Positions 28,090 through 37,915 of a stretch of DNA of 64,000 bases are shown piece by piece. The notes beneath the pieces are model-generated. The model had not been told where the DNA came from. It saw only the letters and a program-made list of their open reading frames with translations, and searched no databases. Both the position numbers and the translations under genes were made by a program. Position 1 is the stretch's first letter; every line of letters begins with the position of its first letter. This DNA comes from a virus: positions 1-64,000 of IMG/VR virus record IMGVR_UViG_3300023184_004167; one strand, given 5' to 3'.

Positions 28090-28885
28090 GCTTTGTATAA
28101 GTTAATCTGTTTATTCTTGGTTCTTCTTCTGTTGGTTTTACCCATTCAAATTCTTCTTCTTCTTCTAAACCATCCATTAGTGTTGAATTCCAATCATTAA
28201 TATCATCTTCTTTTACCATATCATTCCATTCATTGGCATCTTTTGATGGTTCCTCTCCATCTCCCCCAAATTTTTCTTTCTTTTTTAAAAATTTTTCTAA
28301 TAATTGTAAGTCTTCTTCCGTTGGTGTATATTTTTCTTTCTCAATTTCCGCCTCTCTTTTACCAGCCGCAAGACTTAATTCATCTATATCAATAATAGGA
28401 GTACTTTCAAGTTCTTTTTTCTTCCCTTCCTCCTCAAACTTAACTAACATATGTAAAAATGATAATGATATAAGTGGTAACATTCCACCTGCAAATAAAG
28501 CCAAGAATCTTTTATGTCCAATTATATTTCCTGATTCAACACCTAAAAAAGAAACTAGTGGGTCAACCATATCAACCCAATCTTTAAATGACGTACTACT
28601 AACATCTATATACTGGTAAGCAAAAAAGATATTACCAATAAACTGAATTAATGTAACAATTGCAAATGGGAAATATACTTTCTTACCCATAGATGCTGAT
28701 ATTGCAGCAAGAGCTGACAACGCAGCGATTTCAATACCAACAGAAAGATATACCGCCCAACTAACCGGGTTTGATATTCCGTACCATTTTGTTACGTGTG
28801 ATATTGATACAACCGCAACAGTAAGTATTGGTACTAGGAAAGCTGTATATATTATTGTTTTAAAATTTTTTTGAAACCAATTCAT
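28079..28885 (-). CDS. Multi-pass membrane protein with acidic C-terminal tail (holin candidate)
   Basis: About four TM helices, next to the amidase-like gene. Confidence 0.55.
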   Translation of the reverse strand: MNWFQKNFKTIIYTAFLVPILTVAVVSISHVTKWYGISNPVSWAVYLSVGIEIAALSALAAISASMGKKVYFPFAIVTLIQFIGNIFFAYQYIDVSSTSFKDWVDMVDPLVSFLGVESGNIIGHKRFLALFAGGMLPLISLSFLHMLVKFEEEGKKKELESTPIIDIDELSLAAGKREAEIEKEKYTPTEEDLQLLEKFLKKKEKFGGDGEEPSKDANEWNDMVKEDDINDWNSTLMDGLEEEEEFEWVKPTEEEPRINRLTYTKRDS

Positions 28886-29169
28886 TATTTACCTAATTTT
28901 AATTGTTTAATTTCCTCATCAATTTGAGTTTGTCTTTGCACATCAAGCATTTTTCTATCTGTAGCTTGAATCATTCTTTTTTCAGACTCAAGTCCTGAAA
29001 TTTTTAATTCTCTATTTAACTCTGTCTTAGTGTATGTAGAATCTTTAATTGCTTTAATTTCTTTTTTGATATTTGTTAACTCTCTTGAGTCCCCACAACT
29101 TTTAAAAAGTGTTAATACTGAAATAACCAACACTATAATAGTAAAGTTATTTTTGATAAAATTTTTCAT
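28885..29169 (-). CDS. Membrane-anchored or lipoprotein-like small protein
   Basis: N-terminal hydrophobic segment ending FKSC; TATTTAT upstream (29209-29215). Confidence 0.6.
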   Translation of the reverse strand: MKNFIKNNFTIIVLVISVLTLFKSCGDSRELTNIKKEIKAIKDSTYTKTELNRELKISGLESEKRMIQATDRKMLDVQRQTQIDEEIKQLKLGK

Positions 29170-29194
29170 AATAATTATTTTTTGTTTTAAACAT

Positions 29195-29226
29195 AAAGGG
29201 TGTATCTAATAAATACACCCTTTTTT
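29195..29226. terminator. Hairpin terminator after the sigma gene, overlapping the TATTTAT motif
   Basis: AAAGGGTGTAT/ATACACCCTTT inverted repeat. Confidence 0.65.
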
Positions 29227-29231
29227 CAAAA

Positions 29232-30032
29232 TTATAGATAGTCAAACAGAACACTTGACTCGTTCCTTAACTTTCTCAATGCTTTTTCTTTAATCTGACG
29301 AACTCTTTCCTTTGTTAAATCAAAATCATTTCCGATATCTTCAAGAGTTCTTTGTCCACCTGATAACCCAAAATAATCCTCAATTATAACTTTCTCCCTT
29401 TCATCCAAAACATCAAGGATTGATATTAATTTTTCTCTTAATGTCTCTTCTGTTGAGAATCCTGCTTCAGGTTTATCAGCATTTTTATTCTCTAAAACAT
29501 CCAATAGTGTATCACCATCTTCATTCAATGGGTTATCCAAATTTACGGTATAAGGTAATGTTACAAATTTGTCAGGCATATCTAACCCTGTAATATCTTG
29601 GGATTTTTTTGCCTTCTGAAGTTCCTGAACAACATTAACAGGAAATCTAATGGTACGAGAATTCTCATTCAAAGATTGTAAAATTGCTTGTCTAACCCAC
29701 CAAACAGCATAAGATATAAATCTTAAGTTCTTAGTCCAATCAAACGTCTCAATAGCCCTTAATAACCCGTAATTCCCTTCAGCAATTAAATCAGATAAAT
29801 CTAACCCCTGATTTTGATATTGTTTACTTACAGTAATCACAAACCTTAAATTACCTTCAAGAATTTCTTTTTTAATTTCCGCCCTTTGTTTTTCATCCAT
29901 CCTACCTGATAACATTTGTACTGCCAACTCCTTTTCTCTTGCCGGAGTCATAACTTTAAGTTTCCTGATGTCTTTCAAGTAAGAAGAAATCTCTTCTTGA
30001 TTAATTGCAATTGTCTGATTTTTATCTTTCAT
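29232..30032 (-). CDS. RNA polymerase sigma-70 factor (Bacteroidota RpoD-like)
   Basis: 'NLRFVITVSKQYQNQGL.LSDLI.EGN.GL', 'FISYAVWWVRQAILQ', region 4 'TLEDIG..F.LTKERVRQIKEKALRKLR'. Confidence 0.95.
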   Translation of the reverse strand: MKDKNQTIAINQEEISSYLKDIRKLKVMTPAREKELAVQMLSGRMDEKQRAEIKKEILEGNLRFVITVSKQYQNQGLDLSDLIAEGNYGLLRAIETFDWTKNLRFISYAVWWVRQAILQSLNENSRTIRFPVNVVQELQKAKKSQDITGLDMPDKFVTLPYTVNLDNPLNEDGDTLLDVLENKNADKPEAGFSTEETLREKLISILDVLDEREKVIIEDYFGLSGGQRTLEDIGNDFDLTKERVRQIKEKALRKLRNESSVLFDYL

Positions 30033-30042
30033 ATGTTAATTT

Positions 30043-30555
30043 TTAGTTTTTACTATATTCATCCAATATTTCTTTTTCAAACCCTGAAAGCGAAGATATT
30101 CCTTTTTCATTGATTTTATCAAGAATTTCATTTAAAGTCGGGATTTTTATCTCATCTTTCATTTCATCTAAAAGATATTCAACAAAATTCTCCGCCATTT
30201 CACTATATTCCTCATTTTTATCCATTCTAGTCATATCTATCTTTATATCAACATCATCACCATCATTTTCTAAATCCAATAAATGTGCCTTAACTTCTTC
30301 TGACATAGCAACTGATACATTGTCAGTCATTTCTGTTAAAATGAATGTATCTGTAAACCCATAAAACAAACCTGTAAGATAATCGTGTATTTCCTCCTGT
30401 ATTACTGTAGAACCAAAGTGAAATATCATCGCCCCTTTTGTGTGCTGGAACTTAAGATGTGCACTATCTACAATAGGAACCATACCCTTCCCAAAATTTT
30501 CAATAATTTTTTTGGTTTTAAAATCACCAAACGCCACTAATAAGTATTTTTTCAT
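30043..30555 (-). CDS. Hypothetical protein with DUF6576-like C-terminus
   Basis: 'LNEILDKINEKGISSLS..EK..L'; promoter TTTG-N19-TACCTTTG at 30573-30603. Confidence 0.6.
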   Translation of the reverse strand: MKKYLLVAFGDFKTKKIIENFGKGMVPIVDSAHLKFQHTKGAMIFHFGSTVIQEEIHDYLTGLFYGFTDTFILTEMTDNVSVAMSEEVKAHLLDLENDGDDVDIKIDMTRMDKNEEYSEMAENFVEYLLDEMKDEIKIPTLNEILDKINEKGISSLSGFEKEILDEYSKN

Positions 30556-30591
30556 AATTTTTTTTATTTAAACAAAGGTAATTAAACTATT

Positions 30592-31080
30592 TTAGAATGC
30601 AAAATCATTTAAATATGTCCTATCTTTTTCTCCTGTTTGTTGTTTATACCACTTTCCTTCTTTATCCATCCATATATATGGGTCTTGTGGGTTTTCAGTC
30701 CACCCAAACTTAGAATAAAACTCAGGTTCTTTTTTTAATAGGTTTGCCCTGTGTGAAGAGTGAAATTTATTATTTCCAAACCATTTTGGGGATATAACAC
30801 TTTCATTGATTTCTTCTTTAATCATTGTGTTTTTATACCCACGACTAACCCATTCATCAATACATAAGTTATAATATGTTTTTAACATTGGAACATAATC
30901 TTTCCACATAATAGAACAGGGGTGGCTTGTCCAACCTTTATATGGTGTTCCGTCTTTTTTGGGTCTTCCTGTTATCGCAGATATAATCTGATAAGCCTCA
31001 ACCCTTTGTTTTCCTAATCTTTTCATATCAAGAACCTTTAATGATTCTTTAATATCCGAGTATGGTAAGAATGTTTGCAT
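30592..31080 (-). CDS. Pyrimidine-dimer DNA glycosylase (DenV-like / MSMEG_6728 family)
   Basis: 'MQTFLPY...LD.KRLGKQRVEA.QI...HP...MW...SHRANLLKK'; TATATTTG at 31085-31092 supports this start. Confidence 0.85.
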   Translation of the reverse strand: MQTFLPYSDIKESLKVLDMKRLGKQRVEAYQIISAITGRPKKDGTPYKGWTSHPCSIMWKDYVPMLKTYYNLCIDEWVSRGYKNTMIKEEINESVISPKWFGNNKFHSSHRANLLKKEPEFYSKFGWTENPQDPYIWMDKEGKWYKQQTGEKDRTYLNDFAF

Positions 31081-31116
31081 AATGCAAATATACATTAAAA
31101 AAGTTAAATTAATAAA

Positions 31117-32013
31117 TTATTCTTTAGTTCTTTTTATTATTAAAATTTCGTGAGAGTCTTTTGAATTACCTATACCCATTTCTTTTCTATTTTTTCCTAT
31201 CCTTTTTTCCCCGTTCCCCATTGAATAATTCCATTTAGGGAAAAATTGTTCAAACTCAGAATAATAATTTCTAATGGTTTCACAATTATTATAAGACAAA
31301 ACAAAATCTCCATTATGTTCCCTTAGTAAGTCTCTAAGTTTTTCGTGATTAAAAGAATTATGATGTACTGGTATGTTTCTCATCGGATATATCCCAGTAA
31401 ACATTTTATTATCTTCATCTTTTTCTAAATAATATGGAGGGTCAAGATATAAAAATTCGTCAGGATTTTTTGTGATTACATTTTCAAAATCAGATTCAAA
31501 AACACTAAGTGTAGGACAATTAAAATTTCTAATAATTTCAACCATTTTTGACCATTTTTTGTCATTTAAATAAACGGATGACGCCCAACCCAAATATCCA
31601 GGTCCATAAGATGTGTTATGATTAAAATAATAATAGGATGCCGCTGTTATTTTATCTAGTTCAACAGAATTATCTCTTTTATAATGGTTAGTTTTCCAAT
31701 TTGATAGCATCACTTGGGTTTTATCCCAAGTCATTAATACTTCTTTAACTCTATCATATTCTTCGGTTGTTGGTTCAATTGTTTTTAATTTATCCGCTAA
31801 TTCATTTGGATTATCTAATAACACGTTCCAAAAATTAACAAGTGCGTCAAATATGTCGTACCCAATTACTATTTTACCTAATGACGCCAAGTGAACCTCT
31901 AAAGAACCTCCACCAATAAATGGTGATATAATTTTATCATAATCTTTAATAAACGGCATTATTTGTTTTATCGCTCTTGTCTTACCTCCAGCATATCTAA
32001 TGGGTGTTTTCAT
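31117..32013 (-). CDS. DNA adenine methyltransferase (D12 class), putative cognate MTase of the adjacent nuclease
   Basis: 'RYAGGK', 'SPFIGGGS', 'YLDPPY'; ATGA overlap with the upstream gene. Confidence 0.9.
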   Translation of the reverse strand: MKTPIRYAGGKTRAIKQIMPFIKDYDKIISPFIGGGSLEVHLASLGKIVIGYDIFDALVNFWNVLLDNPNELADKLKTIEPTTEEYDRVKEVLMTWDKTQVMLSNWKTNHYKRDNSVELDKITAASYYYFNHNTSYGPGYLGWASSVYLNDKKWSKMVEIIRNFNCPTLSVFESDFENVITKNPDEFLYLDPPYYLEKDEDNKMFTGIYPMRNIPVHHNSFNHEKLRDLLREHNGDFVLSYNNCETIRNYYSEFEQFFPKWNYSMGNGEKRIGKNRKEMGIGNSKDSHEILIIKRTKE

Positions 32014-32567
32014 ATTATTTTTTTAGATTTTTCTGTTGTTCTTTTATTTAACTCATTACAGCCTTCTTGTATATATATCGGCCATGCCATATTTTGCTCT
32101 TGAAAATTCCAAGGTGGGTATTTTCCGGCAATTAATGTATAATCTTCTTTGCATTTTTTTTCCATTTCTTTAAAGTCATACCCAATCTCCCTTGAATCAT
32201 ACCCAAATAATCCTTTAACTTTTGCTTCTACTTTTTCTGATAATATTAGATATAATTCAACACTTTTATTTACTAATAAACATTCTGATATTAGTGTATG
32301 TATTCCATAAGTTCTTACTGATGGTGAACCTGTGAGTCCAGAACAATATGCCGACCAAGTACCCTTTATTCCATTTTTTGCAATTGAACCTCCGATTTTT
32401 TTTATCTCTTTATCAACAACAATTAAATAAACTCTACCTGACTCATCTCTTAATATTTTATTTGAAACATCTAACGACCAATTAACTTTAATTTTATTAT
32501 TACTATCATCATCCCTAAGAACAATATTTCCAACTTTTGTTGCGGTTTTAACTAAATCAATATTCAT
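32010..32567 (-). CDS. GIY-YIG-like endonuclease, putative type II restriction enzyme
   Basis: 'GRVYLIV..KEIKKIGGS', conserved R and E, 'PPWN.QE'. Confidence 0.6.
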   Translation of the reverse strand: MNIDLVKTATKVGNIVLRDDDSNNKIKVNWSLDVSNKILRDESGRVYLIVVDKEIKKIGGSIAKNGIKGTWSAYCSGLTGSPSVRTYGIHTLISECLLVNKSVELYLILSEKVEAKVKGLFGYDSREIGYDFKEMEKKCKEDYTLIAGKYPPWNFQEQNMAWPIYIQEGCNELNKRTTEKSKKII

Positions 32568-32605
32568 CTTATTTTTTTATAATTTTAATCAAATATTTTT
32601 ACCAA

Positions 32606-33355
32606 TCAAACTAATTCCAATCTATCTTTGCAGTATTCAACTTGAGCCGAACTTAATTCACTACCAATAAAATCCATCTTTAAATTTTTACATCCAAGAG
32701 CTGTTGTTCCAGTCCCCATAAATGGGTCATACACCACATACCCTTCCTTCCCATAAACATTCAATAGTTTCTCACAAAACTCTGTTGAGTATGTTGCTTT
32801 ATTTAAATCCGTACTACCATCATTATTCTTTGCAGTTATAAAATTATCAATAATCTCATAATAATTTTGTCCTTTTGGTGATGTCTTAACAATCTTCTTA
32901 TTACAACTAAATGTCTTTAATTCGCTCTTCCTACAAATCACAAATACAAACTCAACAATTCTATTTAACCTATTGTATGATGCTGGATGAGGAATACTAT
33001 TACTTTTTTTCCATATGATTGTATCTGCAACCATAAACTCGGTATTGGATATTAGAGACGCCATAAGAGTATAGGGTAGAGATGGTGTTTCAATTGAATA
33101 TGAAAAATTATATAAAACAACCCCATTAGGTTTTAACACCCTATCAATGTTATTAAAAATATTGATTGTCCAATTAATATATTCTTCTTCCGTTTTCCAA
33201 TCAGAGTATTCATCATACCTGGTTATCTTATCTGCATATCCACCCTTTCTTTTAGTCATATTATAGGGTGGTGATGTCAATACTATATCAATGAAATCAT
33301 TATCCATTTTTGACATAGTAATTAAGCAATCTTCATTATGAAATTCATTTACCAT
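32606..33355 (-). CDS. DNA methyltransferase (N4-C/N6-A, beta class)
   Basis: 'TSPPYN' and 'YDPFMGTGTT'. Confidence 0.92.
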   Translation of the reverse strand: MVNEFHNEDCLITMSKMDNDFIDIVLTSPPYNMTKRKGGYADKITRYDEYSDWKTEEEYINWTINIFNNIDRVLKPNGVVLYNFSYSIETPSLPYTLMASLISNTEFMVADTIIWKKSNSIPHPASYNRLNRIVEFVFVICRKSELKTFSCNKKIVKTSPKGQNYYEIIDNFITAKNNDGSTDLNKATYSTEFCEKLLNVYGKEGYVVYDPFMGTGTTALGCKNLKMDFIGSELSSAQVEYCKDRLELV

Positions 33356-33356
33356 A

Positions 33357-35774
33357 TTATTGTATTACCCTGCTAACATTATCTACTTTGGTTATTCTAA
33401 CTACGCTATCTGCCCAATTACTTATTAAAGGATTATGACTGATTACAAATATCTTTTCAAAGTAATTTTTTATTTTTAAGAAAAACTCTCCAACTAATTC
33501 TAAATTATCATTAGATATTTTACCAAAAACCTCATCCATTACTAATATGTTTGGTTTTGGTAATGAACTCACTTTGGCCAATACCGCCCTTAATGCCATA
33601 CTTGCGATTGTTTTTTCATATCCCGACCCAGAAGACATTAACTTCTCAACACCTGTTGAATTATCAATCATCATAAACTCAACTTCATTCTTATCATTGA
33701 TTCTTATTTCCAAGTTGAAATAACAGGAATCAATTAACAATCTTTGTAGTTCTTGATTAATCAATGGCATCATTGTTTTCATTATAATCTTGGTAATCCC
33801 ATTCTTTCCAAACACATCAAGATAAATTTTATAAATTTTCTCTCTCTCAAACTCTTCAGCAATTCTTCCAATTATCTCATTATTTTTTTCAATCATTTCA
33901 TTGAACTTTTCAATGTTGAGTTGATTTGAAACTTTAATTCTATCATATCCCCTCTTTTCATCAATGAGTTCATTAATCCTCATATTTGCTTTCACAAGTT
34001 GGGATTCAACTTCATTATTCTTTTTAATTTTCTCTTGGACATTTTGATATCTCTTCAACTTATCTTCAAGTTGAAGTTTCTTATCCTTCGCACTTTCAAG
34101 ACTAATCTCATACTTTTCCTTAATGAGTTTATTTTTCTCATACTTGTCAAAATCATTTTTGAGTTCAACAAAAGATTTCTCTTTAAGTTCAAGTTTTAAT
34201 ACATCATCGGTTAAACCATTAAGTTTCTCTTTCCATTCACCAAGTTCTGCAATTTTCTTTTTTGTAAGTTCTGCCTCCATTAGTTTAATACCACAATGTT
34301 GACATTGCATCCCATCACCATATTTGTCAACCATATCGGATATGTCCTCAACTTTATCCCAAGCCCTGTTTTTATCAAGTTTGGTGTTAAAAAGTTTCTC
34401 CTTAACTTCATCATGCTTGTCTTCGTGGTAAAACTCCTTTGGTTCAATAACTTCAACGGATTCAATGTTTCTTTCAAGTTCTTTTATTCCATTATCCGCA
34501 CCAGAGATTTGAGTTTTAAGGGTATCTGGGTTAAGAATAACCAACTCTTGGTCTAGGTCGGTATACTTGGACTTCAATAAATTATCCTTATACTCCTGTC
34601 CTTTCTTTAACCTTAAATCAACATCTTCCGTTTGCACAATTGATACCTCAATCTCACCTTTTAATTTATTAATATCAGATTTTGACACCTCATTACTTTG
34701 TCTTAAAGACTCCGTATTATAGATGTTTGACATCATCCCCTTTGAGAACTCCGAATAGATTTCCTTTGCGGTTTCTTCCTTCTTCTTAATGAACTCCAAT
34801 CCCAAAAATCTTGACAATACCTGTCCTCTTGCCGTAGGTTTGGCATCAATTAAGTCCTCCAAGTTAGATGCTGTTGTTAAGATTGTCATAAGGAAGTCAT
34901 CCTCCTCACCAATAGATTTTTTAATGAAGTTCTCTGTTTCCCTTCTTTGTTCTCCAGTAAAGTTCAATAATTGTCCGTCAGCCAGTTTCTTAAAGAATTC
35001 CAACTCACTCTTAACATTCCATTCACCCGCCTTATTCTTCTTCCTCTCAATAGTTCTCGCAATGATGTAATCTTCCCCATCAATAGTAATCTCACCACTA
35101 ACACTTACTTTATTCTTGTCGGTAAACCTATTAAAGATTTCTTCCGCCTTCTGTGTCTTGGTGGTTGTATTGAAGAATAAGAACATCAGCAAATCTACTG
35201 TCAGGACTGTCTTACCACCGAAATTAGGGGGGTCTGACTCAACAACAGTAATTCCGTGGCACTTATCAAAATCAATCACCTGATTCTCACCATAAGATAA
35301 GAAATTACTAAACTCAATCTTTCTGATATACCACTTCTTAAATGGGGTAATTTCAACTTCATTGGTTAACATTCTCTGTTCAACAGCCAAGTCAATATTC
35401 ATAACACTATCAAATAATTGTCCGTGTCCCTTGGCATCAACCAATGACTTAACCAACTCCTTCTGATAATTCTTGTCCATTATGTTCATTGAAACATCTA
35501 TGGTTTGTTGATTCTCATCACTTGTTTTTACTTTCGTAACAACATTGATATTGTTTGAATTATACTTCTTTTGGAAATATTGTTTAACCGACCTGATTCT
35601 TTCTTGTGTGAAATTTTCAGGTATATCCTCCCAAATAACTTGGATATAAGGATTCTCTAATGTTTGAACATCTAATTTGTGAGCCATAGTTTTGTAATTA
35701 AATTCAGGTATTGGGTTAAATAAGTCCCATTTCATTTGTATCTGTGTTTTCAGTTTTTCCTGATTCGGATTCAA
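33357..35774 (-). CDS. SbcC/Rad50/gp46-like recombination ATPase
   Basis: 'NFLSYG', Walker A 'NFGGKT', Zn hook CQHC, coiled coils, 'SGYEK', 'LVMDE', 'ISH'. Confidence 0.93.
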   Translation of the reverse strand: MNPNQEKLKTQIQMKWDLFNPIPEFNYKTMAHKLDVQTLENPYIQVIWEDIPENFTQERIRSVKQYFQKKYNSNNINVVTKVKTSDENQQTIDVSMNIMDKNYQKELVKSLVDAKGHGQLFDSVMNIDLAVEQRMLTNEVEITPFKKWYIRKIEFSNFLSYGENQVIDFDKCHGITVVESDPPNFGGKTVLTVDLLMFLFFNTTTKTQKAEEIFNRFTDKNKVSVSGEITIDGEDYIIARTIERKKNKAGEWNVKSELEFFKKLADGQLLNFTGEQRRETENFIKKSIGEEDDFLMTILTTASNLEDLIDAKPTARGQVLSRFLGLEFIKKKEETAKEIYSEFSKGMMSNIYNTESLRQSNEVSKSDINKLKGEIEVSIVQTEDVDLRLKKGQEYKDNLLKSKYTDLDQELVILNPDTLKTQISGADNGIKELERNIESVEVIEPKEFYHEDKHDEVKEKLFNTKLDKNRAWDKVEDISDMVDKYGDGMQCQHCGIKLMEAELTKKKIAELGEWKEKLNGLTDDVLKLELKEKSFVELKNDFDKYEKNKLIKEKYEISLESAKDKKLQLEDKLKRYQNVQEKIKKNNEVESQLVKANMRINELIDEKRGYDRIKVSNQLNIEKFNEMIEKNNEIIGRIAEEFEREKIYKIYLDVFGKNGITKIIMKTMMPLINQELQRLLIDSCYFNLEIRINDKNEVEFMMIDNSTGVEKLMSSGSGYEKTIASMALRAVLAKVSSLPKPNILVMDEVFGKISNDNLELVGEFFLKIKNYFEKIFVISHNPLISNWADSVVRITKVDNVSRVIQ

Positions 35775-35901
35775 ACTTCTTTTTTAATTCCTCAATATGT
35801 TTTAACATTGATTCTTGAAACATTTTTTGTTCCCTGATAACTTGTTTGTTCCTTGCGAGGATTTTTTGGTTATGCCCTTTTCTTTGATTTGATTTTGCCA
35901 T
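35716..35901 (-). CDS. Small basic hypothetical protein
   Basis: ORF in operon. Confidence 0.55.
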   Translation of the reverse strand: MAKSNQRKGHNQKILARNKQVIREQKMFQESMLKHIEELKKKFESESGKTENTDTNEMGLI

Positions 35902-35912
35902 TTTTATAATAT

Positions 35913-36296
35913 TTAATTGTTATTGTTACTAGGTCTATTTTGTTCAAACCATTCTATAATTGAATTTATTGCCCATACCGCTCCTGATGATAACATTCCG
36001 TCAAAAAACCAAGAACCATAAGTACTAACTCCCAACATTTCGTGTACTGGTGAATATAAGAAAATTCCGAAGAAAAATCCAATCCATACGCTTACACACA
36101 TCATACAGGATGTCATTCCTTTTAAGAACTTTCCTATTGGTTGAAATAGCGGTAATGGCATTTCCGCCCAAACTCTAATGAACTCTCTTGGCCCACTAAA
36201 AATACTTCCGTAAACAATGATGTTGCTTAATCCGTAAGCCATAATCATCCATAATACTAATTGTGTCATATTTGTTTTATTTATATAATTTATCAT
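35913..36296 (-). CDS. Membrane protein, DUF1360-like
   Basis: 'SIFSGPR...SCMMCVSVWIG' with TM helices. Confidence 0.6.
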   Translation of the reverse strand: MINYINKTNMTQLVLWMIMAYGLSNIIVYGSIFSGPREFIRVWAEMPLPLFQPIGKFLKGMTSCMMCVSVWIGFFFGIFLYSPVHEMLGVSTYGSWFFDGMLSSGAVWAINSIIEWFEQNRPSNNNN

Positions 36297-36846
36297 CCAA
36301 GTTTGACCCTTTAAGGTAGACTGCTTGTCTCCCCGTTTGGCTTAACTGAATATTTTCAATTGTTTTTTCTAACTCTTTTATTTTCTTGTCCTTCTCAATG
36401 TTATCCATCTTCAATTTTTGAAGTGTTGACTCTAATGCTTTAAGTTTTGTATTGTCCTGTTCTTTTTCCACAATAACCTCAACAATCTTTTCAACTTCCT
36501 TTATAATTTCCACAACCTCACCTTGATTATAAATGATTTTCTCAACCTCTTTAACTACCTCCACCGGAACCTCAACAATCTTCTCTACCTCCTTAATAAC
36601 CTCTACATACTCTATCTTAATAACTTCTTTGATAACCTCAACAGGTATTTCCACCCTCTTTTCCACAATCTTTTCAACTTCCTTTTCCACCACCTGAGCC
36701 CCTTCTGTTAACAATCCGTATCTCTCTATACGGAACCCTTGAAGATAACAATTCTTTATAATATCATCATCCTTTAGATTATTCAACTTACAATATGATT
36801 GCAAGTCCTTATATTCACTTGAAGATAATGATATTGTTTTTTCCAT
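36277..36846 (-). CDS. Protein with VEK(I/V)VEVPV repeats and coiled coil
   Basis: Val/Glu/Lys repeat tract. Confidence 0.75.
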   Translation of the reverse strand: MEKTISLSSSEYKDLQSYCKLNNLKDDDIIKNCYLQGFRIERYGLLTEGAQVVEKEVEKIVEKRVEIPVEVIKEVIKIEYVEVIKEVEKIVEVPVEVVKEVEKIIYNQGEVVEIIKEVEKIVEVIVEKEQDNTKLKALESTLQKLKMDNIEKDKKIKELEKTIENIQLSQTGRQAVYLKGSNLDDKLYK

Positions 36847-37628
36847 TAGTAGTTAATGAGTTTTTCATTTCCATCCACCAATGAATCAATTGAATCTATA
36901 TAGAATTTTAAAAATGGTTTTGGGTTAGGTAAGTCAACAAACTGGTAGTCATCATTTTCTACATCATATACCCCATATCCGTGTTTAGTTATATTTTCTC
37001 CGAAGTTCTGTTGCAAAAAGCTTCCGACCATCACCCCTCTTTTACCATTTGGTATGTTAAATACCGCCATTTTATGTATATCTCCACATAAAACAATATC
37101 TAACCCCTTAAACTTGTCAGTATCATATGCCTCTTCACCAAAATCATAACCTAAATCACTTTTGAGTCCATTAATTGCTCCGTGAAATAAACCTATTTTA
37201 TACCCTTTAGCCTCAATAATATCCGGTGGAATATTTCCTTGGAATTGTGAATAAACACACCAACTGACGTTTTCATCCTCATAAATTCCTCTGTCTTTAT
37301 AATACACAATATTTGGATTATCTAATGAATTTACAATTGGACTGATTGAATCCAACCTCTCCGAATTATTGATAAGGGCGTCGTGGTTTCCAGGTATTAG
37401 TATTGTTTTTGCAATCTTGGAACACTCGGTTAATAACCAAGATGAGAACTCAATAACTTCAGGAGTCAATTGATTTTTTGAATGTAGGAGGTCTCCGGTA
37501 AACAAAATTCTATCCGGAGCGATTGATTTCCACTCCGACAAGGCTTGTTTTAATATTTTTCTGTAAAGTTCGTGGTCTTTATATAACCTCAAATGCAAAT
37601 CGCTGAAATGAACTAATTTTTTAATCAT
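36846..37628 (-). CDS. SbcD/Mre11/gp47-like metallophosphoesterase nuclease
   Basis: 'SDLH', 'GDLLH', 'GNHD', 'FHG', 'GDIH', 'GS..QQNFGE'. Confidence 0.92.
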   Translation of the reverse strand: MIKKLVHFSDLHLRLYKDHELYRKILKQALSEWKSIAPDRILFTGDLLHSKNQLTPEVIEFSSWLLTECSKIAKTILIPGNHDALINNSERLDSISPIVNSLDNPNIVYYKDRGIYEDENVSWCVYSQFQGNIPPDIIEAKGYKIGLFHGAINGLKSDLGYDFGEEAYDTDKFKGLDIVLCGDIHKMAVFNIPNGKRGVMVGSFLQQNFGENITKHGYGVYDVENDDYQFVDLPNPKPFLKFYIDSIDSLVDGNEKLINY

Positions 37629-37870
37629 AATATATTATTTTCTTCTGTTGTTTTTTCACCATTAAATAAATCAAAATCCTTATTCATATGTCCGCAACTA
37701 TCACATTTATAAGATGGAAAGGGCACGAGAGTGTCTTCTGGTGCTCCGGTTAATAATCTTGATACTTTTTTTATCAACACAATCTCTTTAAAATGTGTTC
37801 CTTCACATTTTTCACAAGTTACTGTAGGTTGTTCCCTTAAGTTAATTTGGGGTTTTTCTAATTCGCTCAT
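37625..37870 (-). CDS. Zinc-ribbon protein
   Basis: CEKC...CDSC. Confidence 0.75.
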   Translation of the reverse strand: MSELEKPQINLREQPTVTCEKCEGTHFKEIVLIKKVSRLLTGAPEDTLVPFPSYKCDSCGHMNKDFDLFNGEKTTEENNIL

Positions 37871-37915
37871 AAAGTAATATTTTATCTTTAAATATAGTTA
37901 ATTTTATTGTGATTG

